Of a stretch of DNA of 64,000 nucleotides, positions 28,456-37,871 are shown in pieces; within the stretch, counting starts at the first letter, position 1; each line of letters begins with the position of its first letter. The notes below the pieces were generated by a model, which was given only the letters and a program-made list of their open reading frames with translations, ran no database searches and was not told where the DNA came from. The DNA lies in the IMG/VR virus record IMGVR_UViG_3300032268_000832, positions 62,001 to 126,000 of that record; one strand, written 5' to 3'. The position numbers and the translations under genes were made by a program.

Positions 28456-30243
28456 ATGCCTTTTAGAACAAAATTAGACTTTTCAAGTAATAGACAAGTT
28501 AAACAATTTGAGAAAACAAAAACGATTTTATCGGGTGGTACATCATTTGGTTTAACATTTAACGATTTAACAACAGGACCAAACCCTTTAACAAGTGGTG
28601 AAACAACTAGTCAATCATTTGTTGCTAGTACATTCTCTGGAAACAGTGCGACAACAGTTTTCAATTGGTTTAACCCAGCAATGGCTTTGGCTGAACCTTA
28701 TTTTTCTGCGTTAACACCTTCAAACTCAGCGACAACACAAACAGTTGATTCTGTTTTTGGTGTTAGTAGCACAACGGTAATTGATGGGAACACAGTAGCG
28801 CTATCTTATTCTGGTGTTGGTTTTGATATAACAGCTATAGCTATGTATAGTTTAGGTGGTGGTGCTTATTCTGGTACAGTTGAAACCGAAGAATTGGTTT
28901 TTTATTCTGCTACTAGTTTAGATTATACAGGTAGAACTATATGGGTTGATGTTTCTGGAATGACTAGAACTGAAAGACTTATCGTGACTAACAGTCCACA
29001 AATTGGTTATGTTTTAACATGTAATGATTCCGAAGGTATGGCAACATGGAGCCCAGTTACTGGTGTTACTATTAGTGGTGGGTCGATATTATGGTCTTCT
29101 GGTACTGGTACTTATTCTTTAGCAGCTAAAAATCATGGTTCTGTAGCTAGTGGAGATTATTCAGTCGCTTATGGTTTTGGAACGATAGCTAGCGGTAATT
29201 ACTCACATACGGAAGGTTATTTAACTGGAGCTGGTGTTTATTCACACGCTGAAGGTTATTCTACAGAAGCTAAAGGTGATGCATCACATGCTGAAGGTAA
29301 AGAATCAATTGCTAATGGTGATTATTCACATGCTGAAGGTAGCGGTACAACTGCTGATGGTGATTATTCACATGCTGAAGGTGTTGGTAATTTTGCTATC
29401 GGTATTGGTAGTCATGCTGAAGGTGGGTATAGTTTTAAAACTGGGTATTTACCAACTACTGCAACAACTGATAGTTCACACGCTGAAGGTGTTGGAACAA
29501 TAGCTAGTGGTGTTGGTAGCCATGCTGAATGTTACAACACTAAAGCAACTGGTGATGCATCACATGCTGAAGGTGGTGGTACAACTGCTAGTGGTGAATA
29601 TTCACATTCTGAAGGTTTTTTTACTATAGCTAGAGGCAATAATTCACATGCTGAAGGTTCAAATACTATAGCTAGTGGTAGTACAACACATGCTGAGGGT
29701 CAAGGGACAATAGCTAATGGTGATGCTAGTCATGCTGAAGGTTGGTATACGAGAGCGACTGGTACAACATCACACGCTGAAGGTTGGAATACGATAGCTA
29801 GTGGTTTTGCATCACATTCTGAAGGTTTTTTTACTATAGCTAGTAATACTGGTTCACACGCTGAAGGTTCTGGGACAACAGCTAGTGGTATTGCTAGTCA
29901 TGCTGAAGGTGGTGCAACAATAGCTAGCGGTAATTATTCACATGCTAGTGGTTCAGGTTCAACAGCTAGTGGTAATTATTCATTTGTTGGTGGGTTAAAT
30001 TCTAGGGCTTTAGCTGATTTTTCTTTTGTGCATGGTGAGCAGTCAGTTGTTGATAGCGGTGCGACGAATTCAATAGTATTAGGTGCTGGTATTTCAGGTA
30101 CTACTTCAGATACTTTATATACTAATACTTTAAATTTACAGTCAGTACTTGTTGCCGCTGATAACGCAGCAGCTATAGGTCTTGGTTTAGAAGTTGGTAC
30201 AGTTTACAGAACATCAGCAGGTCAATTAATGATTAGATATTAA
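28456..30243 (+). CDS. Fibre/adhesin with YadA-head-like SHAEG repeats
   Basis: About 18 ~14-aa repeats (A.G..SHAEG..T.); C-terminal ADNAAA.GLGLEVGTVYRT motif. Confidence 0.75.
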   Translation: MPFRTKLDFSSNRQVKQFEKTKTILSGGTSFGLTFNDLTTGPNPLTSGETTSQSFVASTFSGNSATTVFNWFNPAMALAEPYFSALTPSNSATTQTVDSVFGVSSTTVIDGNTVALSYSGVGFDITAIAMYSLGGGAYSGTVETEELVFYSATSLDYTGRTIWVDVSGMTRTERLIVTNSPQIGYVLTCNDSEGMATWSPVTGVTISGGSILWSSGTGTYSLAAKNHGSVASGDYSVAYGFGTIASGNYSHTEGYLTGAGVYSHAEGYSTEAKGDASHAEGKESIANGDYSHAEGSGTTADGDYSHAEGVGNFAIGIGSHAEGGYSFKTGYLPTTATTDSSHAEGVGTIASGVGSHAECYNTKATGDASHAEGGGTTASGEYSHSEGFFTIARGNNSHAEGSNTIASGSTTHAEGQGTIANGDASHAEGWYTRATGTTSHAEGWNTIASGFASHSEGFFTIASNTGSHAEGSGTTASGIASHAEGGATIASGNYSHASGSGSTASGNYSFVGGLNSRALADFSFVHGEQSVVDSGATNSIVLGAGISGTTSDTLYTNTLNLQSVLVAADNAAAIGLGLEVGTVYRTSAGQLMIRY

Positions 30244-30253
30244 TAAAAATAAA

Positions 30254-32119
30254 ATGGGAAATATTAAAAATTTTAACTTCGACAAACTAAAATTACAAAT
30301 CTCTAATAGTGATTATTGGGATTTTTATTTGGCCAATGATGAAACATCAGGTGGTTGTGATTCGTTGTTGTCAGGTTCATGTTTTGTTGTTTGGTATGAT
30401 TTTAATAACCCAGATACGTTTTTAAGCGGTTCTACTAACAACATACATAGTCTTGTTAGTTGGTCTGGGGCCACAAATTCTGGTTATACGTTAAACACAA
30501 TAGGTCTTACTGGTATTGATAACGGTTTGATAACTTTTGATAAACAAAGCGGTGATACAACGAACCAAGCATTATTATCAGCATTAACAACTAGCACTTT
30601 AGTAATAGAATCTGGTGACAATGGTTTAATTATGAATAGGGTTACTGGAACAACATCTGGTTTAACGTATACTTTATTACCTACATCTGGTCCTGAAGGT
30701 GAATATATTCAATTTTTAGGTGGTTTTTATCAAGGATTCTTTAAGTTAGATGGTTACACTTATGAAGTATTACCTACTAGAGTAAATCAATCATGGGGTG
30801 CTGAATTTTGGTTAAAACCTGAGGATATTGACCCAGTAGGAACAACACTTAATGACTTATACCCTAATAATAAAGGTTTTTTCTTTTATATGGGTACTAG
30901 AGCTGAAAACAAATTTTGGAATCAATTTTACGGTGCTGATACAGGTTGTACTAGCGCGTGTACTGCAACCGCGTGTACTAGTGGAGAAACCGTTAGTGAA
31001 TGGTGTACAATACCTAAAGAAACAGACATTACAATTGTGGGTGATTTTGGAATCGGAATACCTTTATCACCACCTCAAGTTACAATTGATTTAATAACAA
31101 ATCAATTCCTTATATATGGTAGAGGTTCTGGTCGAAAAAATTTTGAAACGTATACTGGTGACACTGGTAGTTTAGTTATACACGATGAAAGTCATGAAAT
31201 ATATAACCCTAATTGTAGATGTAGTAGATGTAATGGTCCTATGGATGGTTTGGGTTCTAAGCATGTTTGTAATTATGATGGAAAAGGAATAGCTGTTGCT
31301 AGAACTAGAATGGTGATTTCAAATGAAAATAACCCATTTTTAGTATACGGTAGAGCAGCACTAAGTGGTGGTTGTTCAACTTATTGTCATGGCCCTAACG
31401 ATGGTTTTGGTAATCAAACAGTACATTCATTTAGTGGTTTTTCTAAACCTATGACTGAATTAGATTATAAATTAGACATAATAGATAATGCTTTAGGGTT
31501 CAGAATTACTGATGATGGTAAAATAGGTTATAGGTTATTAACTGTAACTGGCGGTTGTCAAACAATTAACAACGAAAGAGTATATGTTAGTGGAATCACT
31601 ATTGAAGAAAAATACTCGCTACCAGATATGGTTAATTTCGATGAATGGAATTATATTGTTATTAAATTTGTAACAGATTATAAAGATGATTGTGATTTAA
31701 AAACAGCATCTAGGCGTAAGGGTAAACTTATGTTTTATGTAAACGCTAAACTTAAATTTGTTGTTAACGATTTTGATGAATTTATCGCTAAAAGACTTCA
31801 AGAATATAAGGATAAACAAATTGGTGTTCCTTTTAACTTTAGTCTTGGTGGTGGTTCTCAAGGTCTTATGGAAAGTCAGACCTTTGATGGGTTAGACCCA
31901 AGAGACAGGGATTTACCAATCGAAACAAATTTTGCTGGTACTTTTGTTGGTTCTATTTCTCAATTTAAATATAATATATGTGAATTGAAATATTGTAATA
32001 TAGTAGAAAATTACAATGCTGGGTTAAACCAATATGGGTTAAGTGCAACAAATTATTTGTTAACTGAAAACGAATTTGATATAGTGACTGAAGACGATGA
32101 AAATATTTCGTTAGAATAG
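30254..32119 (+). CDS. Virion protein with LamG/ConA-like fold and Cys-rich inserts
   Basis: WGAEFWLKP, WNYIVIKF, GKLMFYVNAKL, FVGSISQFKY; C-terminal LLTE...IVTED. Confidence 0.55.
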   Translation: MGNIKNFNFDKLKLQISNSDYWDFYLANDETSGGCDSLLSGSCFVVWYDFNNPDTFLSGSTNNIHSLVSWSGATNSGYTLNTIGLTGIDNGLITFDKQSGDTTNQALLSALTTSTLVIESGDNGLIMNRVTGTTSGLTYTLLPTSGPEGEYIQFLGGFYQGFFKLDGYTYEVLPTRVNQSWGAEFWLKPEDIDPVGTTLNDLYPNNKGFFFYMGTRAENKFWNQFYGADTGCTSACTATACTSGETVSEWCTIPKETDITIVGDFGIGIPLSPPQVTIDLITNQFLIYGRGSGRKNFETYTGDTGSLVIHDESHEIYNPNCRCSRCNGPMDGLGSKHVCNYDGKGIAVARTRMVISNENNPFLVYGRAALSGGCSTYCHGPNDGFGNQTVHSFSGFSKPMTELDYKLDIIDNALGFRITDDGKIGYRLLTVTGGCQTINNERVYVSGITIEEKYSLPDMVNFDEWNYIVIKFVTDYKDDCDLKTASRRKGKLMFYVNAKLKFVVNDFDEFIAKRLQEYKDKQIGVPFNFSLGGGSQGLMESQTFDGLDPRDRDLPIETNFAGTFVGSISQFKYNICELKYCNIVENYNAGLNQYGLSATNYLLTENEFDIVTEDDENISLE

Positions 32120-32129
32120 AAAAAATTTA

Positions 32130-32138
32130 ATATTTATA
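32130..32138 (+). promoter_or_regulatory. Putative late promoter ATATTTATA
   Basis: 14 nt upstream of ATG 32153. Confidence 0.65.
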
Positions 32139-32152
32139 TAAAAACACATAAA

Positions 32153-33535
32153 ATGCCAAATAGAAAAATAAGTCAATTACAAGCAAACGCTAATCTAACA
32201 GTTAGTGATATATTCCCTATTGTTAACAGTGGGACAACAAAAAAACAAGACATACAAGGGTTATTAAATTTTTTAACACCTTATTTTAGTGGTAACACAG
32301 AACTTTATATCACAGGTGGTACATATTCTGCTGGTACTGCTGTGTTTACCAACAGCACTGGCGGTACATTTAGCGTTTCTGGGTTTAGTACTGGTAGTTC
32401 ATTTACTGGAGGTACGGTATCTGGTGCAACTAGATTTACTAACGGATTAACAGCAAGTACAATATCAGCTACTACATATCAAAATTTACCATCATTTACT
32501 GGAGGTACGGTATCTGGAGCAACTAGATTTACCAACGGATTAACAGCGACTACAATATCAGCTACTACATATCAAAATTTACCTTTAGATATTAGAGTAA
32601 CTGGTGGTACTTATGATGAAAATAGTCGTGTTGCCACATTCACTAACAACACTGGTGGTACATTTGAAGTTCCTGGTTTTTATAAACCTTTATGGTATGC
32701 TGAACCTAGTTCAGCACCTGGCGCCTCACCAATTGTGGCTGGTACTAACAGTATTGCAATTGGTGATAGTGCAAATGCATCGGCTGAACATATGTTTGTT
32801 GTTGGTAATAGTGCTGGTGTTGCGGCTAATGGTTCTGCTTTCTCTAATTTTATTGGGACTTCTGCTGGTCGTGATGCTGGTGAATCTTATTATTCTAACT
32901 TTATTGGTAGAGAAGCTGGTGATGGGTCTAATGGTTCTAATCAATCTAATTTTATTGGGTATCAAGCTGGTTATAGGGCTACAAATGCTAGAAATTCTAA
33001 TTTTTTAGGTAATAGCGCTGGTATTAGAACCGATGTTGCTGAATACTGTAATTTTATTGGATATCAGGTAGCATCTGGGGCTACTAAGACTAGATATTCA
33101 ACATTTATTGGATATCAAGCTGGTTATAATACTAATTCAGATTATTCTATTATAATCGGTCACAAAGCTGGTTTAAATTCAGCTGGTAGTGTTAGTGACA
33201 ATAACATTATCATAGGTACTAATATAACATTACCACCAAATACTAAACGTCAAATTAACATTGGTGGTATATTGTTTGGTGCAAATGTTTACAATAACAC
33301 TGAAACTGAACCTATTTATTCAGCTAGAACAGATGGTGCTATTGGTATAAATGTTGTTGAACCACGAGCTAATTTACATATAGGTCCATCAACAACAGAC
33401 CAAGCTCTTATGAGACTTGAAGTTGGACCAGCACCTTCAAGTCCAAATGACGGTGATATTTGGTTAGAAAGTAATACTTTAACTGGTTTAAAAATAAGAA
33501 TAAGTGGTGTAACAAGAACAATAAATATAACTTAA
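32153..33535 (+). CDS. Fibre protein with 17-aa SNFxG..AG beta-helix repeats
   Basis: N-terminal KISQL motif, TGGT modules, SNFIGYQAG repeats. Confidence 0.7.
   Translation: MPNRKISQLQANANLTVSDIFPIVNSGTTKKQDIQGLLNFLTPYFSGNTELYITGGTYSAGTAVFTNSTGGTFSVSGFSTGSSFTGGTVSGATRFTNGLTASTISATTYQNLPSFTGGTVSGATRFTNGLTATTISATTYQNLPLDIRVTGGTYDENSRVATFTNNTGGTFEVPGFYKPLWYAEPSSAPGASPIVAGTNSIAIGDSANASAEHMFVVGNSAGVAANGSAFSNFIGTSAGRDAGESYYSNFIGREAGDGSNGSNQSNFIGYQAGYRATNARNSNFLGNSAGIRTDVAEYCNFIGYQVASGATKTRYSTFIGYQAGYNTNSDYSIIIGHKAGLNSAGSVSDNNIIIGTNITLPPNTKRQINIGGILFGANVYNNTETEPIYSARTDGAIGINVVEPRANLHIGPSTTDQALMRLEVGPAPSSPNDGDIWLESNTLTGLKIRISGVTRTINIT
32399..32583 (+). repeat. In-frame tandem duplication, 93 bp period
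   Basis: 32399-32490 vs 32492-32583, 4 mismatches by hand. Confidence 0.9.
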
Positions 33536-33580
33536 AATTATTTTTATAATTATAATAAAACAAATAAAATAATTAAAAAT

Positions 33581-33952
33581 ATGGAATTCTCAATAAATAA
33601 AAACTCTACACTTCCTGTGTTAAAATTAGAATTAATACAGGACGGTAGAAACGATTTTCAAAAGTTTCACGAAAAAGTGCAAAACGCTAGCATTTATTTT
33701 ACTATGACAGATGTTATCACAGGTGTTAAACGTATAGCAAAAAAACCTACTGGAATTGAACAAGTAGAACCAACTAATTGTGTTGGTGATGAATTTTATC
33801 TAACTTATCAATTTACTGAAAGAGATTCTTCAGTATCTGGTAGATATGTTGGTCAGTTTGAAATTGATTTTTTAGACGGTACTGGAACCCTTATAGTTCC
33901 AATTAGAGAAGAACTTTTTATTAACATTTTAGAAAGAACAATAAAAAAATAA
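33581..33952 (+). CDS. BppU-N-like Ig-fold adaptor protein
   Basis: FSINKNSTLPVLKLEL...IYFTM...GRYVGQFEIDF...LIVP. Confidence 0.55.
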   Translation: MEFSINKNSTLPVLKLELIQDGRNDFQKFHEKVQNASIYFTMTDVITGVKRIAKKPTGIEQVEPTNCVGDEFYLTYQFTERDSSVSGRYVGQFEIDFLDGTGTLIVPIREELFINILERTIKK

Positions 33953-33984
33953 CATTAAAAACTTGCTTTTTTAAAAATAAAATC

Positions 33985-34017
33985 ATAACTTTGTGTGTCA
34001 CAAAGTTATTTTTTTTT
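33985..34017 (+). terminator. Intrinsic terminator overlapping a sigmaA-like -7 element
   Basis: ataactttgtg-tgt-cacaaagttat perfect 11 bp stem then T run. Confidence 0.7.
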
Positions 34018-34030
34018 ACACTCATTTTAC

Positions 34031-34061
34031 TTGTCTAATAATAAAATGTTTAGTATATTTG
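34031..34061 (+). promoter_or_regulatory. Bacteroidota sigmaA-type promoter TTG-N20-TATATTTG
   Basis: Consensus match 16 nt upstream of polB ATG. Confidence 0.7.
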
Positions 34062-34077
34062 CAATAAAAAATAAATT

Positions 34078-37000
34078 ATGAGCCATACTGAACAAAAAGT
34101 TAGCAATGAAAGAATAGAATCTTTCTTACAAGGTAGTGACCCTCAAAAATATATTGTCGCTGTTGAGTCTTATTATGATAAACCTTACGTATCATTAGTA
34201 GTTAATGATGTAGAGGAAGGTAATAAACGAATAGAGGAACACAATTTCCAACCATTTCTTTGGTTTAAAGAAGATGTGACACAATATCTTTATCAAGGAA
34301 AACGAATGAAAGTTATTGAGGCTAGTAAACATTTTGGTGTTAAAATCACCAAATTAAGAACATGGTCTGAAGATGGTTTTATTCCTGATAGGATGGAAAA
34401 TGGTTATATTTATATGGCTAAGTGTAAAAAAAACTCTAACGATTTAATTAATTTTTTTAAAAACGGTGGTGTCGATATCTTTAGTAAAGAACACCAAAAA
34501 TCTTTTATCATGTTCAGCCCTACTGAACAATTTTTAATTCAATCAGGTAAGCGTTTATTCAAAGGGTTTGAGGATTACGATGATTTGCATAGATTACAAT
34601 TTGACTTGGAAACCGAGGGGTTATTTGCAACTAGAGATGCAATATTTCAAATCGGTGTTAAAGACAATAAGGGTAACGAAGCGGTTATAGAAACAATAGG
34701 TGATTCACCTAAAGATAAACGTGAAAGTGAACGTCAAAATATTATTAAATTCTTTAAAATAATAGAATTTTTAAAACCAGACATTATTGCTGGTTACAAT
34801 TCTGAAAATTTTGACTGGCCTTTTATATTTGAGCGCGCCGAAAGACTTGGATTACCAGTTACTGAGGTTGCAATTACTCTTAGCAGAGCATCAAAGATTA
34901 AAAGAAAACCAGCAACACTTAAATTAGGTGGTGAAACAGAAGCTTATAATCAAACACATATGTTTGGTTATAATATTTTGGATATTTCACATGCTGTTCG
35001 TAGAGCAATGGCTATCAACTCTGAGATTAAGTCTTGGGGATTGAAGTATATTACACAATATTCTGAAATTGCAAAACCTAATCGTGTTTATGTGCCAGGT
35101 GATAAAATAAACGCAACATGGGCCGATAAAGAAAACAAATACGCGTTTAATGATACCAATGGTGATTGGTATAAAATAACTGAGACAAATCAAATACAAG
35201 ATGGTTATGTGGTTAAAACAGGTGCTTTCATTGTTCAAAGATATTTGATTGATGACCTTTGGGAGACTGAACAAATTGATAATATTTTCAATCAAGCTAG
35301 TTTTCTTATCGCAAAAATTTTACCTACTACGTTTCAACGTTCATCAACTATGGGAACGGCTGGACAATGGAAACTTATTATGGCCGCATGGTCATATGAA
35401 AATGGATTGGCTATTCCAGAAACACAACCTAAAAGAGATTTTACTGGTGGTTTGTCACGTTTGTTAGAAGTAGGTTTTGCTAGAAACGTATATAAATTAG
35501 ACTTTGCTGCATTATACCCTAAAACACAGTTAACTTGGGATATTTTCCCAGAATTAGATATAACTGGTGTGATGAAAGGTACATTAACATATGTTGTGGA
35601 TACGCGTGATAAATACAAGTTCTTAAATGGTAAAGAGAAGGGTGTTTTTAAATCTTTGGAGAAAAAATTAAAAGAAGAAAGTGCTAATATGTCACAAGCT
35701 GAGATTGATAAACTTAAAAAAGAAATTCAAGAGCATAAGGCTTTGGCTAACTTGTATGATAAAAAACAGTTACCTCTTAAGATTCTTGCAAACTCATGGT
35801 TTGGTTCATATGGGGCACCATATATCTTTAACTGGGGTGATACAGATTCAGCTGAAGAAACAACATGTCGTGGTCGTCAATACTTGAGGCTTATGGTACG
35901 TCATTTTACGGAAAAATACGGATTTAGAGCGCTAGTATTAGACACTGATGGTTGTAACTTTGCAGCTCCTGATAATTTAAACGATTTTTCATATGTTGCT
36001 AACGGTACTCATTGGAAAACTGAGGGTGAAGGTGGTAAAACACTTTATGGTATCGATGCTGTATTGGCTGAATTTAACGAAACATTTATGATTGGCCGAA
36101 TGGGTCTGGATTTAGATGACGTGTGTACCTCTACAATTAATTTTGCTAGAAAGAATTATGCTAATGATATTGGTGGTAAGATTAAATTAGTAGGAAACTC
36201 TATTAAATCTAAGAAAATGCCAGTTTATATTGAGGAATTCTTAAATAAGGGTATTAGAATGTTATTAGATGGTGATGGTTATTCATTTATTAACCATTAT
36301 TATGAATACGTTGATAAAATATACAACTATAAAATCCCATTGATTAAAATGGCTTCTAAATCTAAGGTTAAATTATCAATAACTGATTATAAGAAAAAAG
36401 CAAAAATGAAAAACAAAGCTGGTAACCCTATGCCAAAACAAGCGCACATGGAATTAGCTATGTTAAATAATTTGGATACTAGTTTAGGTGATGTATTGTA
36501 TTATATAAACACTGGTACTTCTAAATCTCAAGGTGATTTGCAAACTATCTGGGAAAATAAAATGACCAAAAAACAGCTTGAAAAATGGTATATTAACAAT
36601 GGTCAAGACTCTACTCCACCTGAAGCTAAAAGCACTCTTAAAATAAACTGTAAGCTAATCATGCCTGATACGGTTGAGCGAGATTTTGAGGCTATTAAAG
36701 AACTTGAAATGTTGAAAAAAGCTGTTGAAAAAGTAGGTGAAGAAGGTGGTGATGTTAACCAATTTGATGCTAGAATAAAAGAACTGGAATCTACTTTATT
36801 TACTGATGAATACAACGTTGCTAGATATTTAGAAGCTTTCAATAAAAAAGTTAAACCATTGTTAGTTTGTTTTAGTCCAGAAATCAGAGACCAAATTCAA
36901 TTATCTATAATTAAAATTAAAGATAAGGAAACTAAAAAAACATTTGAGGTCTTAAAGGATAGAATTATTTTTACTAAATCTCAATGTAGTTTAATTTCAG

Positions 37001-37839
37001 GTAAACCTTTTAGACCAGTCGACCAAGATTCATATGAGGATTTAATGGTTATGGAAGATAAAGAGATTAAGTTCTGGGAACGCGTTAATAAAGTCCCAAA
37101 TAATATGGAACTATCTGAGTGGGAAGAAATCAAAATAGATTACTATGAAAGAATGAGAATAGCTAAAGAAGAGGGTGTCGTAGAAGAAAAAGAAAAATTA
37201 GATGAAATCTTTAAAAGATTAGAAGTTAAGGATTTTTCACTTATAAGAAAAAAAGGTGAATTACCTATCGATATTTTTATATTATGTGATATTGGTGAGA
37301 ACGGAACTTTGATTTCTAGAAAGTGGGGAGAAACTTTGTGTCATATTAGAGAAATCTTTAAATATGAAAAAGAATCTAGAGAAAGAGATAATTTTTACAA
37401 ACTTAAAAAATATTCAGATGGAGATAATCGTTATGATTTATGGCTTGATTATTTAGAAGAATGTAGAATCATGAGTGGTGAAACAATTAATATTAACACA
37501 GAAGAAGTTGAAATTGATGATTTGACTTTATTGGGTAAATTAAAAGAAAAAGCTGATAGTATTGTAATTGAAAAACCAGTCATTGAAAAGAAAAAGAGAA
37601 CTTACTCTGAAAATGAGGATGATGAAGAAGAATTAGAAGAAGATGAAGAAGGAAACCTTATCAGAAGTGATGAAGAATTATTGTTAGATGATGAATTTGA
37701 TGATACATTCAGTGAAGTACCTGAAGGTTACGTTGTGGATGAAACAGCAATTGTAAATGTTATGGATAAAGAAGCTGAACTTCATGAAACTCCTGAAGTT
37801 GTAGTTAAAGAAGAATCAGAAGAAGATTGGGGTTTTTAA
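34078..37839 (+). CDS. Family B DNA polymerase
   Basis: Exo FDLET, YNSENFD, YLIDD; pol LDFAALYP, KILANSWFG, LDTDG, RKNYA. Confidence 0.92.
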   Translation: MSHTEQKVSNERIESFLQGSDPQKYIVAVESYYDKPYVSLVVNDVEEGNKRIEEHNFQPFLWFKEDVTQYLYQGKRMKVIEASKHFGVKITKLRTWSEDGFIPDRMENGYIYMAKCKKNSNDLINFFKNGGVDIFSKEHQKSFIMFSPTEQFLIQSGKRLFKGFEDYDDLHRLQFDLETEGLFATRDAIFQIGVKDNKGNEAVIETIGDSPKDKRESERQNIIKFFKIIEFLKPDIIAGYNSENFDWPFIFERAERLGLPVTEVAITLSRASKIKRKPATLKLGGETEAYNQTHMFGYNILDISHAVRRAMAINSEIKSWGLKYITQYSEIAKPNRVYVPGDKINATWADKENKYAFNDTNGDWYKITETNQIQDGYVVKTGAFIVQRYLIDDLWETEQIDNIFNQASFLIAKILPTTFQRSSTMGTAGQWKLIMAAWSYENGLAIPETQPKRDFTGGLSRLLEVGFARNVYKLDFAALYPKTQLTWDIFPELDITGVMKGTLTYVVDTRDKYKFLNGKEKGVFKSLEKKLKEESANMSQAEIDKLKKEIQEHKALANLYDKKQLPLKILANSWFGSYGAPYIFNWGDTDSAEETTCRGRQYLRLMVRHFTEKYGFRALVLDTDGCNFAAPDNLNDFSYVANGTHWKTEGEGGKTLYGIDAVLAEFNETFMIGRMGLDLDDVCTSTINFARKNYANDIGGKIKLVGNSIKSKKMPVYIEEFLNKGIRMLLDGDGYSFINHYYEYVDKIYNYKIPLIKMASKSKVKLSITDYKKKAKMKNKAGNPMPKQAHMELAMLNNLDTSLGDVLYYINTGTSKSQGDLQTIWENKMTKKQLEKWYINNGQDSTPPEAKSTLKINCKLIMPDTVERDFEAIKELEMLKKAVEKVGEEGGDVNQFDARIKELESTLFTDEYNVARYLEAFNKKVKPLLVCFSPEIRDQIQLSIIKIKDKETKKTFEVLKDRIIFTKSQCSLISGKPFRPVDQDSYEDLMVMEDKEIKFWERVNKVPNNMELSEWEEIKIDYYERMRIAKEEGVVEEKEKLDEIFKRLEVKDFSLIRKKGELPIDIFILCDIGENGTLISRKWGETLCHIREIFKYEKESRERDNFYKLKKYSDGDNRYDLWLDYLEECRIMSGETININTEEVEIDDLTLLGKLKEKADSIVIEKPVIEKKKRTYSENEDDEEELEEDEEGNLIRSDEELLLDDEFDDTFSEVPEGYVVDETAIVNVMDKEAELHETPEVVVKEESEEDWGF

Positions 37840-37843
37840 AAAT

Positions 37844-37870
37844 AATAAAGGGGCTTTCGCCCCTTTTATT
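37844..37870. terminator. Bidirectional intrinsic terminator
   Basis: aaaggggc-tttc-gccccttt between convergent genes. Confidence 0.8.
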
Positions 37871-37871
37871 T

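Noticed and set aside
29140-30000. Periodic catgctgaaggt repeats resembling a CRISPR array
   Set aside because: In-frame coding repeats (SHAEG) with synonymous variation; no cas genes or leader
34078-37839. Intein or intron explaining the long PolB
   Set aside because: No intein splice-junction or LAGLIDADG motifs noticed; extra length is C-terminal and helical/acidic
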